This document shows, one piece after another, positions 1 to 11,900 of a DNA stretch of 64,000 bases. The notes beneath the pieces were generated by a model. The model was given only the letters and a program-made list of their open reading frames with translations. It did no database searches and was not told where the DNA came from. This DNA is from Octopus sinensis (lineage: Eukaryota): assembly GCF_006345805.1 (NCBI RefSeq), contig NC_042997.1:169384001-169448000 (forward strand). Reading direction: 5' to 3'. The stretch's first letter is position 1. Every line of letters starts with the position of its first letter. The position numbers were made by a program, and so were the translations under genes.

Positions 1-135
1 TTAATTGTGTCTCCATCCCCAACATTCATAACCCATACTTGATATGTGTCTTAGAATACTTAATGATTTTGTTACTTTTAAGAGATATTTTTTAATTATC
101 TAGATGAAAATTCTCCTAGAAAGATGAAAGGAATT

Positions 136-489
136 TTCAGTCCCACTGCGTGGCATCTTGGGCAAGTGTCTTCTGCTATAGCCCCGGGCCGACCAATGCC
201 TTGTGAGTGGATTTGGTAGACGGAAACTGAAAGAAGCCTGTCATATATATGTATGTATATATATATATATGTATGTGTGTGTATGTGTTTGTATGTCTGT
301 GTTTGTCCCCCTAGCATTGCTTGACAACCGATGCTGGTGTGTTTACATCCCCGTCACTTAGCGGTTTGGCAAAAGAGACCGATAGAATAAATACTGGGCT
401 TACAAAGAATAAGTCGATATGCTCGACTAAAGGCAGTGCTCCAGCATGGCCACAGTCAAATGACTGAAACAAGTAAAAGAGTAAAAGAG
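136..489 (+). mobile_element. tRNA-derived SINE family A, 5'-truncated copy (core ...CTTGGGCAAGTGTCTT..., internal (TA)/(TG) tract, (AAAAGAGT)n tail)
   Basis: Closely matches the 7795-8197 copy (B-box remnant TTCAGTCCC, core, same 3' tail); more copies at ~6606, 11085, 35920, 36565, 52492, 54590 and 56460. Confidence 0.85.
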
Positions 490-2159
490 TTGCCAACTAT
501 CTGCAATGATTTGACAACAATAAAACTATTCTGGTGATACACCACCCTGGTGGCTGATCACCTTTTGCACAAAACATCATTGTTAAAATATGAGTTTTAC
601 AGCCTGCATGACTATTCTGTTGACCAAAGTATTAACAACTATTAAATAGATCCAAAAGAAGATAAAGTTGAAATATGGTACTCGTATAATGTAGTTTGTT
701 TATGATAAATTTATGGTTTCAAACTTTATTCCTGTATCCTGTCACAGTATTATATTTACATGTACAGAATCATACATCTTCCCCTAAAAAACTACAACAT
801 CTTTTCCGTTTGTTTTCATTTATTGATATCATCTTACATATTTTGTCCAACTTCTTGCTTTCATTGCTCAGAGGTTTTTTTTCAAGCATTTACAGTATTC
901 TTTTTCTACTTAAACATTAAAATTTTACAATAGGAATATTCGCAAAATATAGGGCAAAAAAAAAACACACTATTAACTGGAATTGAATGAAGCAGACTCT
1001 ATAAACATCCATTATAAAATCATAAAAGATATGATAAAATGTTAATAAGATTAAAACATGAATCAACTTAAATAAACATTTTTCTAACAGTTATTGCAGT
1101 TCAATGCTTGGGATGTTAAGAGTAATGAACTAGAAATTTATTATTTTGATCAATGTTGAATATTGAAATACGTATTGTATGATACATCATAAAATCATCA
1201 CGAAGATAATTCCAATATCCTATGTTAGGAATCAACTGAAAGATTTCAGATATGATATGTGTAAAGAAACATAATCTGAATTCTCACAATTTACAATAAT
1301 ATAAAAAAAGAAAATGTATATATGAAGTCACATTTTATTGACTCAACAGCTGATTAAAATCAGAATGAAACATGTTAATATGTTAAAATAATTCTAAATA
1401 CGTTAAAGTAATTCTAAATTATTGTTTATTGCCCCAGGGAGAAAAATGATGACAGAAAATGGAATTTTTAACAATAGATGATGCTAAAATGACTTCCAAT
1501 CAAACTTAAAATTTTTTTTTCTTTGAGGTACTCCTGCTTACTCACAGATTAGCATTCATGGTCCCAGCTATTCACGGAACTGATAATTGTTTGCACCACA
1601 TATACACGGAATCATAAATATTGTCCATGATTTTTTATAGCCTTTTTCATGGCAATATACACTTTTCCACACGTTTGAAGGCTAAACTATAAATAATAAT
1701 AAGTGGTTTGGCAAAGAGTCACATAGAATAAATACCAAACTTAAAATATACCAGACTGGGGTTGATTCCTTCGACTAAACCCATCAAGTCAGAGCCCCAG
1801 TAAGTAAAAATGAAAGTAAAAGTAAAAATATTTATGTTAAAGAAAATGGAAAGTGATTTAAAGTAAAACATATGTTCAGAATAAGTGGACACCATGATAT
1901 TATTTTAGTTTTTGGATGCAGCTTTATCTTTTTCTCACAATTCTTACATAATGTGAGGTAGATACGTATCTTTCCTATAGCAAAACACCTGAACTCATTT
2001 CTTTATGATACTTTAGCCTCTCAACGCCTGTCTTAATGCCATCTCCTCTCTCAAATACTCAGCCTGCTGCATAACTAAGGATTCTTTTTTGTGTTCTTTT
2101 CTAGTTTTGAAAGTTTTTCTTTTTTTTGTCTTGCAAGTTGCTTGGCAATCTTACTAGAA

Positions 2160-2372
2160 TTGGTGGCATGAATAAAATACTCAGTACACTCTGTTCCGTG
2201 GTTGGCATTAGGAAGGATATCCAGCCTTGGAAACTTGCTAAAGATGATGATGGAACTTGATGCAGTACTGCAACTTGACACAGCCCTGTAGCTTGATGCA
2301 ATCTTACTGCTCATCGGGTCCTACCAAAGCGTCCAAACCATACCAGTATGGAAAACAGACTTTGATGATGAT
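2160..2372 (+). mobile_element. Degraded RTE-LINE 3' tail copy
   Basis: GTGGTTGGCATTAGGAAGGATATCCAGC matches the tail family at 17340/23458/41430; ends in (GAT)n. Confidence 0.6.
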
Positions 2373-2502
2373 GAGGGGGGAGGAGGAGGAGGAAGAGGAT
2401 TATGACGATGACAATGACGACGACGACAATGATGATGATGATGAGGATGAGGATGATGATGATGATGATGATGATGACAGTGATGATGATGATGATGATA
2501 AG
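2362..2502. repeat. (GAT/GAG/GAC)n triplet repeat
   Basis: Visible directly; explains the poly-D and poly-H ORFs. Confidence 0.95.
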
Positions 2503-2949
2503 GATGACTATCAATTTCAATGGATAAGACATGTCTGTGACACTTCCCCATTATTTCTCCTGAAAACATTCATATCTAGTTAAAAAAAAAGGAACCAATA
2601 TTTATATTTCATGAGAAATGGTTTCTGAGCCATAAAGATATAGTAATCTGGTAATACAAGAATTGAGTCAATATATATAGAACAGTAGTTACACTTCAGT
2701 GTCATTGATTTCCACCTAATCTAAGCTGGTTTCCATGAAATAAATATGAAAGAAAATAATACAAAATAGGCCTGGTATCACAATTTTATAAATGTATCCA
2801 CTGGAACTGTTTTAGCTGACATGTTAGAAACTATAAATAGTACTATGGATTAAATAAATGAAACACAATTACTGATATGTTATTGTAATATGGCAATACC
2901 ACTTACGTTATTGAAAACATCATTAAACTTTGATATTTTTATCTTCACA

Positions 2950-3670
2950 TTCGTGAACATTGTTGTGGCCATTGCAATCATCATCATTGTTGTTGTCGCC
3001 AGCATTGTCACTGCCATCGTCGTTGTCGGTGTTACCGCCACTGTCATCGTTGTTGTTGTCGATGTTGTCGTCATCATCATTGTCGTCGTCATCATCATCT
3101 CATCATCGATCATCATTCTCATCATTATCATTATCATTGTGGTCATCATCACCAACACCATCATAATCGCTATCATTGTCATTGTCGTCATTGTTATCAA
3201 CATCCCCCTCATCATCATCATTGTCGTCATCGTCGTTCTCCTCCTCCACCTTCTCCTCCTCCTCATCGTCGTCGTCATCATCATCTCATCATCAATCATC
3301 CTCATCATCATTATCATTATCATCATGGTCATCATCACCAACACAGTCATAATCACTATCATTGTCATTGTCATCATTGTTATCAACGTCCTCCTCCTCT
3401 TCATCATCATCATTGTCGTCATTATCGTTCCCCCCTCCCCCTCCTCCTCCTCCTCATCATCATCATCATCATCACCACCATCATCACAATGGTTATCTCT
3501 TTAATCATTATCCTCACCACTAAATTCCCCATCGCTAACTTCACCACTACTCCCACATTCATATAAAAAAAAAAACTACTCATCCTCATTATTCTTCTAC
3601 TCTAATTACTCTCCTCCTTCTCTTCCACCACCACCTCATCCTCATCATCATTATTGTCGTCATTATCACA
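2950..3670. repeat. (ATC/GTC/CTC)n low-complexity tract with a 186-bp tandem duplication (3082-3267 / 3268-3453)
   Basis: Three markers recur at exactly +186: 3082/3268, GGTCATCATCACCAACAC 3141/3327, GTTATCAAC 3193/3379. Confidence 0.9.
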
Positions 3671-4732
3671 GCTGGCATAATTGTCATTATCATGATTGAC
3701 TATTTGACATATTCATTCTTTCTTTTTCAGTACATCAACAGGACAGCCTCTCTGCTACCCATCTCTATGTTTGGCTACTTCATCTATTCCAAAGTTTGAT
3801 CTAATCATTCTTGGCTTGCTTAACTTAAAAATTTCCAGGAAGTTATACAATTTATTTGATCTCGTAATCAAATATTGATCCTAATTACATTAGTGCTGCA
3901 TTCGAGGAAAATATGGTAAGGAAATGGAACTCATTGTTATTATTCCTATCAACTTAGTCTACTTGAGATATTTCAAGTATAGTCAAGAATGAATTTGCTA
4001 AACTTGCGTATGAATGTGTACATGTATATGTGTGTGTGTGTGTGTGTGGAGTGGGTTAAAGAATATTCAGTTGATATTTTTAACAAGCATTGTTAGGTAA
4101 AAAAAAGTAAAAACATTGGTGGTGAATTCAGATCTGAGAATATTGTGTGTTAAAGAAAACATGATAGGGAATAAAGATGAGAGGAGATATATCATGTAGA
4201 TCCATCTAACCCATGCCAGCATGGCTATGGAGTTGAGAAATTCATTTTGTTATCATGTGGTTCAGGATATTTGGATCCCACTGCATAGCACCATGCTATC
4301 ACAAGGTCTGGTGGCTTGTATACTTTAAGGATCCTATTGCTATGCCATGAGCTATACTAGTAGAGTGAAAGCTCTTAGTAGGGCCTCCTATGCTGGACAG
4401 GCGAAAAGGATAGGGGCCAGACAAACAGGCCACATTTGAGAACAGCAGAGAAAAGTCATTAATGATCTATGTTCCACAGGGTGTGAAGGGATTAAGTAAG
4501 GAGTAAGTAAGCATAGTACTGTGAGCAAGAGTCTTCTATCATAGCCTTGAGTCAGCCAAAATTTCGTAGGACTATGGGGAAGCCCATTGAATCATGTGCG
4601 TGTGTGTGTGTATGTGTATTGGCATCTAGTGAACAAAATTGGCAGGAGAAGCAAGAATACTTTTTGTGTATTTAGTTTCAACTATGTTATCTCCCTTTGT
4701 AACGATTATTAACTTTCAAATGAGATCGCTGT

Positions 4733-5225
4733 TGTAGCATACGCTTAGTAAAATTCTCTCTCTCTCTCTGTTATATATACATGAATATGGACATAGTAGA
4801 TAACAGCTAGCCTTTGGCTGCTCTTTCGCACCCTGTTGTGTCCACTACTCTGATTGGTTGGTATTGGCGTAGTTTGTCTCTTGTTCTATTGTGCACTAAT
4901 ATGCAACTCAACCAATCGCAGCCTTCTGATAAGGTCACGTGAGACAGTCTCTTCTAAACCTCAGTTTGCGCCGACTGGTCCCTATAAAATGCTAGTTTCA
5001 ACACAGTCTTTTGTCTTTCGGTTCTAGACCTTTTTAGGTCTAACCACTGACCACAGAGCACACAGCCAGTTCCAGGGACAACACCAATAGCAGCAACATG
5101 GAGAAACAGCAACACTTTATCCAGCAGCATTCAGGACCTCCATCTCTGTTGCCTCCGTCTTAACGTCGTCAACAACATCTCTCTACGTACACAGCAACCA
5201 GCAACCTTCGCATGGTAATTCTACA
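4733..5225 (+). mobile_element. Solo LTR (Ty3/Gypsy-like), 493 bp
   Basis: Termini TGTAG...CTACA; 4-bp TSD CTGT at 4729-4732 and 5226-5229; internal CCAAT boxes, E-box and TATA. Confidence 0.8.
4853..4989 (+). promoter_or_regulatory. Putative LTR U3 promoter: ATTGG 4853 and 4863, CCAAT 4912, GTCACGTGA 4934-4942, TATAAAA 4983-4989
   Basis: Motifs read directly and lie in canonical order; function is inferred. Confidence 0.5.
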
Positions 5226-6605
5226 CTGTCATTATAATCAACTAAAAAACCCTTAAAGGAACTGCCCTAGCACAGCTACAGTCCGGTGACTGAAACCAGT
5301 AAAAGAATGAAAGAATGGGAGAATGAAAAATAAAGCACTGAAACATCGATATTACTGCTGCTTGTCATGTTTGCTTTCCTTTTTCTTTTAAGTTTTGACT
5401 ATGCAAACCACTACATTACATTGTTTATCCATCATGGAAACTGATTAGCAATTCTGAATATAAAATTATAGATAAAGAAGTATGTCTGGATAAATACAAA
5501 GGTATCTTGTTGGTGTGCACATTAGTGATGTATTAAAAATATGGACAACATAATTAATTGCGATTCAACATTTACATGCTGCAGGACTAGATTTAACTTC
5601 AGTGTTCAGAAATTTCAATAGTATGCCTCCAAAATGCTGCAGTATTAGAACTCTCTGAATTTAATAGAATGCAAACAACGGGCTGTTTAAAGAATACAAT
5701 GGATGTTCTCTCTGGTGAAAAATCATCAAAAACAAAAATAATAAGCTAAGAGCTTTCTTTTCAAAGTATTCAGCAGTTATAGACCCACCCAAGATCTTCA
5801 TTTTAAAATCCAGAATTGAAAATGCTTTTATGTATGAAGCAGTTTGTGCAATTTACACCAACAAAAACACACGTTCATTTCAGTACAACAGGGATTTTAC
5901 AGCTGTTTTCAACATAATCTTATCACTTTGGAATTATACTGAAATAGGCATTATCCCTTTACGTACATGTTGCTCAGCATATTACCATCACAATCATTAT
6001 TTGTTATTTTATTATCACTTTCCGTAGAGTGGTTGAGAGATGAAAATTAATTGAGCATTGAACAAAATATTTTGCAGTATTTATTTCTACTTTTTGTACC
6101 GTGAGTTCAAATCCCACCGAGGTCTAATTTACTTTCCTTCCCTCAAGGTTCAGTAAAGTAGCAGTCATATATTGGGGGTCAATGTAATCAATTAACTCCT
6201 TTCTCATCAAAACTACTGTGTCTTTATTAGAAGCAATTATCCATTTTCCTAATTGCATAACTTGTTTGTCCTTATCAAGTTCAACCCTAATCTAGCAGAT
6301 CTACAATCAAAGTCATTCCAATGTTTTCAAGCATATTATATCTAGGACTGCATTATTCAATGTGTCTTTCCTTTTCTTAAGATGGTAGAGAGTTTGTGTG
6401 ATTTTTAATGAGATTTGATTGCTATTTCTAGCAGGTCAGATGAATGAATGGATTGAATGTATGCTTTATTATGCAAGCTTAATCATAACTTCTCCCTTTA
6501 CTTAGAGCCAATTGCCCAGATTTAACAAGTTCCATCATTTCAGTTTTTCGTCTAGTTATATCTCCAAGCATGGCTGTGAACTGTAAGCCTGTTGTTATGA
6601 AGTGG

Positions 6606-7265
6606 CTGTGAATTGCAAGCTGTATGGTTAGGAAAATCTTTTCACAACCACATGGTTTTGAGTTCAGTTCCTCAGAGCAGCACCTTGAGCAAATGTCTTC
6701 TACAAGAGCCACAGGTCAGCCCATGCCTGGTGAGTAATGATATATATACTTATGTATGTATGTATGTATGTATGTATGTATGTATGTATGTATGTATGTA
6801 TGTATGTATGCATGCATACATGCATGTATGTATGTATGTATGTATGTATGTATGTATGTACGTATGTATGTATGTATGTATGTATGTATGTATGTATGTA
6901 TGTATGTATGTATGTATATACGTATGTATGTATGTATGTATGTATGTATGTATGTATGCATGCATACATGCATGTATGTATGTTTCCTGCGTGTATGCAT
7001 GCATGTATGTATGTATGTATGTATGTATGTACATATGTATGCATGCATGCATGTATGTATGAGTATGCATGTCTTGCTGTCTGTCTGTTCTCCTCTGCTT
7101 AACAAACCTATAACTGAACAGTTCAGCAAAAGGATCTAATCGAATAAGTACAAGACTTAAAAAAAAATAAATAATAAATACTGAGGAGTGATTTGGTCAT
7201 CTGACACCTTCCAATGTAGTGATTGCCCCAGAATGGCTGCAGTCCTATGACTGAAATGATTAAAA
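6606..7265 (+). mobile_element. SINE family A copy with an expanded internal (TATG)n tract (~6750-7065)
   Basis: Degraded head and core before the tract, degraded family-A 3' part after it. Confidence 0.65.
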
Positions 7266-7489
7266 AATATAAAAATAAAAAATATTCATATCAATTGACT
7301 CATATATCCTGGTGTTGAGTCATATAACCTGATATTGTTGCTGTCTTGGAACATTATCAGATCTTGTTCAACATTTCTCTTAAGTTAACATCGCATATCC
7401 TGTTAGCCATATTCAACCTTTTCCTTTCCAATCATTTTACATATTCAGCCTACAGTTCTATACATGTTGTAAAACCTGATTTGGATGTC

Positions 7490-8271
7490 TTTTATCTTTT
7501 ACTCGTTTCAGTTAATGGGTTGCAGCCATGCTTGGACACTGCCTGGAAAAGTTTTAGTTGAACAGATTGACCCCCAGTATTTATAGTCTGGTACTTATTC
7601 TATTGGTGTCTTTTGCTGAACTGCTAAGTTCATGGAGTGTAAACAAACCAACAACAGTTGTCAAGTTGGCATTGAGGACCAAACACAAATACAAAGCCCC
7701 TGCACAAACACACATATGACAGGCTTCCATACAGTTTCCATCTTCCAAATTCACTCACATGGCATTAGTTGGCTCAAGGTTATAGTAAAACAATAAGTAG
7801 CTTGTTTACCAACCACATGGTTCCGGGTTCAGTCCCACTGCGTGGCATCTTGGGCAAGTGTCTTCTACTATAGCCTCGGGCCGACCAAAGCCTTGTGAGT
7901 GGATTTGGTAGACGGAAACTGAAAGAAGCCCGTCGTATATATGTATATATATATATATATATATGCGTGTCTATGTTTGTGTGTCTGTGTTTGTCCCCCT
8001 AGCATTGCTTGACAACTGATGCTGGTGTGTTTATGTCCCCGTTACTTAGCGGTTCAGCAAAAGAGACCGATAGAATAAGTACTGGGCTTACAAAAGAATA
8101 AGTCCCGGGGTCGAGTTGCTCGATTAAAGGCGGTGCTCCAGCATGGCCGCAGTCAAAATGACTGAAACAAGTAAAAGAGTAAAAGAGTAAAAGAGTAATG
8201 TGCTATACAGTGGGACTGAACCTAAAACCACATGGTTGCAAAGTGAGCTTTATATCCACACAGCTATGCCT
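7490..8271 (-). mobile_element. Older SINE family A copy, split by the 7795-8197 insertion
   Basis: Reverse-complement 3' part at 7490-7790 and head (GGTTCAGTCCCACTG...) at 8198-8271. Confidence 0.7.
7795..8197 (+). mobile_element. Younger SINE family A copy nested in the opposite-strand copy
   Basis: B box GGTTCAGTCCC, core, (TA)n and (AAAAGAGT)3 tail; CpGs retained. Confidence 0.85.
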
Positions 8272-8665
8272 TACATATGAATGTTAAGCCTTTGTGCTAA
8301 TACTACTTCCATGGTATATTAAAAAGCAGAAATTACTTAAGAGGGTAGAATATTTAGTGAGGTTTGACTGATAATTCTTTTACACCAAGCAATTTTTTTT
8401 TCTTAACTAACATTCTGGTCACTCCAGTATTGTGTTCTGGTTCCACGTTCTTTGAAGTTAATTCCTATTTTTTGATAGATATAGTGGCACCCAAAAACAA
8501 ATGTGTTCTTTTGTCTTTCTCTGATTACTCAACTTAGACCATTTCTTCAGCACTTTATACTTTGTTTTGAATGAAAATCTATTCATAAGTATATGAAAGC
8601 ACTGGACATTTTGTGTTTGAACCTTGAGGCTAAGACAAATACAGAGTTTGAAGGCATCCAGATGT

Positions 8666-9262
8666 ATCTTAAACCACAGAGGTCGGGGTCCCTTTATATG
8701 GTTGCTTGACCTGCTTAAAATAGCAACCAAATTGTCCTCAAAATCTCAGCTTACAGTCTTAAAAATAGAATGAACGTGTCAGATAAGGTGGTACTAGATA
8801 ACCTGGGGACATTTTAGGTCTCTAAATAAATCAGTTCACAGTGTCCTGTAGTATTTATAAGTAGCAAACTACAGCACACAGTGGTCAGAATTTGGTCCCA
8901 AGACTCATGAGGCCTCTGGGCAACTGCCCAGTATGCCCATGCCTTAAGATAGCATTTAGATAACCCTAAAAAATGGAGTACTCATGATCAGAAAGCCTCA
9001 TCTTAAACCACAGAGGTAAGGGCTCTTTTATATGGTTGCTTGACCTGCTTAAAACAGTAACCAAATTGTCCTCAAAATCTCGGTTTACAGTCTTAAAAAT
9101 AGAATGAACATGTCAGATAAGGTAGTTCTAGATAACCTGGGGACATTCTAGGTCTCTGAATAAATCAGTGCACAGTGTCCTGTAGTATTTTTAAGTAGCA
9201 AACTACAGCATACAGAGGTCAGAATTTAGTCCCAAGACTTATGAGGCACATGGGCAACTGCT
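8666..9262. repeat. Diverged direct duplication of ~260 bp with 334-bp period (8666-8928 / 9000-9262)
   Basis: ATCTTAAACCACAGAGGT...GGGCAACTGC occurs twice with scattered substitutions. Confidence 0.9.
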
Positions 9263-9944
9263 TGATCAGAGCTGACTTTGGACTAAACGACAACAATGAC
9301 AATGACAGCTACTCACAGAACATGTGGATAATCTTTACCCTAAACCTGGCTTTCAGTTCCCTCATGCATAACCAGCTCTCTACACGGGGTGCTATGTATC
9401 GTTAACATTCAATTTTTCCAATGGAAAGAAATATGGAATCAAAAAATTTGCTATGCTTACACATATACTGACAATCAGCAGTTTCAAGGACACATAAGCA
9501 ACGGTGGTTGGGGTGGTATTGGGATGGTATCAATGAAGAGAGGAGGTAGGTATTAAAACAAAGATATATCTTAGGTTAGAATAAAGTTTAAGAATTATCT
9601 CACACGTGACACTGTTTTTAGCTTTGAAAGTGTGTTTTAAAACACAACACAGTGAAAGTCAAGATTGAGTATGATTAACACAAAGAAGAAAGAACTGACA
9701 CAATTATGCCAAAAGAAATTATCACATCAATATTATCACATAATTATTATTTTATGTGCTTTTTTGAAAATATTGTTAATATCTTTGAGATTTATAAAAG
9801 CAGTAAGATGTTAGAAATAGTGTAGCATTGGATTAAATTCCTTATATTATTTGATTTAATCTCACTATGATCTACATTTAAATCCTGTCAGGAATAGCAT
9901 TTTTTTCAAAACAACACTGGTTAATAAAATATATAAATAAGATG

Positions 9945-10150
9945 GTGAACTGACAGAAGTGTTAGCACGCCAGGCAAAATGCTTTGCAGTATTTCATTAA
10001 TCTTTATTTTCTGAGCTCACATTCCACTGAGGTTGACTTTACCGTTCATCCTTTTGGAGTTGATAAAATAAGTACCAGTTGAGTAATGGATTTGATGTAA
10101 TTGACTTACCCATCTCCTGAGAATGCTGGCCTTGTGCTAAAATTTGAAAC
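9945..10150 (+). mobile_element. SINE family B (Nin-domain-like central region)
   Basis: GAGGTTGACTTT...TTCATCCTTTTGGAGTTGATAAAATAAGTACCAG matches the 54885 consensus; more copies at ~6000, 12385, 21330, 21760, 24100, 28640, 37160, 48160 (minus), 50060 and 50615. Confidence 0.75.
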
Positions 10151-10290
10151 CCGTGAAATATATAAATAAATGTGCAGTTATCTTCCTTTGTTATTTTAAT
10201 CATTTCAGATATGATACCCTTGCTCCTGGAGGGAGTTTGTGCTTAATAATTGCATGGGTAATATCAGTTAATGAAAGATTTTATAACTCA

Positions 10291-10653
10291 CTAGCAATAT
10301 GACCCGGCAACGCCGGGTCATACTGCTAGTGCATGCATATACAGCTGCGTGCGTGCGCACATACACGTGAGTACTGTCCAAATCTCTGACCAACCACATA
10401 CAGCTAGCTGGCATTCAATTGGCGTATCAAGTTTCGGGCATTTTGATTGGGTTTTGGATAGAAAATTCACAAAAAAGTCATTTCTATTGATTTTTTAATG
10501 GCCTTGCAGGGTGACTGGGGAAATGTAAAAAATGTGCACGACCACCCTTGGACGGTTTTAAATGACCATAGAAAGTGCAAGCCCTCTAACTTAAAAATTG
10601 TGGATTTGTATGAAGGACACACACACAGACATTTTGCCGTTTATGTATATAGA
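10291..10653 (-). mobile_element. Non-autonomous Helitron, 363 bp
   Basis: Minus strand reads A|TCTATATACATAAA...GACCCGGC-GTT-GCCGGGTC hairpin-ATATTG-CTAG|T: canonical 5' TC, 3' hairpin plus CTAG, A/T target, no TSD. Confidence 0.8.
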
Positions 10654-11389
10654 TTATATTACATAAGTGTTCTACAATATGCGTATTTATAGTGATCCAC
10701 TGAGGTCCTTTTCCTCAGCCTTATGGTTGATAGCTATTATCAACATCACTACAGTTCCTACTTACTGATCACATCTAAGTCATGCCAACTGAGTTGTATA
10801 TGTTTTGCTGAGGAGATAAAATAAAACTGGAACATGTTTATTACATTTACTAGTTGGTTTTATAGATAAAATCCACTCCCACCGGCATCATCTTTAGTTT
10901 CCAAAAGCTTGGATTGGCAGATATTACTGAGGTAACCTCTCTCACTTGTTATTTTTCAGATTTTAAACACACTTAAATTGATTTTTACCCACTAATTATA
11001 TGAATAATATCTGTTAATCAAAGTTTTCAATTCACTATGAAAGAGGCTACTGTTTAATCATCAGTATATACTAACACGTATAGGCATGGCTGTGTGATTA
11101 AGAAGTTTTCTTCCCAACCATGTGGTTTTGGGTTCAGTCTCACAGTGCAGTACCTTAAGCAAGTGTCTTCTACTGTAGCTACAACCTGAGCAGATTTGGT
11201 AATTGAAAACTGAAAGAAGCCTGTTGAATATATCTCCCTGCACCTATCCCACTGTTGCCCATCTCCTGTTTTGCCTCACTTACTACCCCTCCACCCAGTC
11301 CCTCCAACACACCATTCTCCAAGCCTTCCTGTGACTCCAGTCCAACTCCTCCACCTCGCACATCTTCCCCAACCTACCCCTTCCCTCCT

Positions 11390-11900
11390 TCAAATGAGCC
11401 CATAACCTGCATGACCTCCTGGTCCAGAGTTTATTCCCTAACCCCACCTCCTAGCCTGGTTCATTCCCTGATCCCACCCACGCTGCTTTACTTGCCCTTA
11501 CCTCTCCAACACCACCATCCTCACAATGCCCATCATTGTCCCTATCGCATCACCAACTCTTTTACCTGCACTTCTAGTAACATCATTTACTGCATCTCCT
11601 GATCTTTCACCTTTCCCTGCACATCAGTCAAATGGGATGCCACTTGGCTACCAGTTTGCGGAGCACCTCTGAGTCATAGGACTCAGTAATGACACTCTGG
11701 TCTCATGCCATTTCCACTCTACCGGTCATTCACTATAACATCTGTCTGTGTTCGGACTGTCCTTGCACAAGGGCCATCCGGACTCCTCCATTTGCCATGA
11801 GCAGGAATTAATCTTCTCTCTTTGCTCCTTTGCACCACATGGGCTCAACTCTCCTCTCTTCATCCAACCCCCCTCCTCTCTTCATCTGACACTTGCTTCC
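11390..11900 (+). pseudogene. Penelope-like element GIY-YIG endonuclease remnant
   Basis: Broken frames give HNLHDLLVQSLFP, FTCTSSNIIYCIS, ISQMGCHL...AEHL, CHFHSTGHS and EQELIFSLCSFAPHGLN, which match the typical PLE C-terminus. Confidence 0.8.

Noticed and set aside
1546-1680. Minus-strand segment with a perfect GTGAGT donor
   Set aside because: All three frames contain stops; at most a non-coding exon, and unsupported.
2880-3504. 180-204-aa ORFs (poly-I/V, poly-M/T)
   Set aside because: Triplet-repeat artefacts; the poly-D frame is broken repeatedly.
4769-5177. Alternative LTR boundaries TGTT...AACA with a TCTC flank
   Set aside because: The flank lies in a (CT)n tract; 4733-5225 gives a 5-bp terminal inverted repeat and a non-repetitive TSD.
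6613-7139. MYVC/HTYI-type ORFs here and at 18.7, 19.3, 25.7, 33.8, 43.5 and 53.2 kb
   Set aside because: Translations of (TATG)n, (CA)n and (GATA)n microsatellites.
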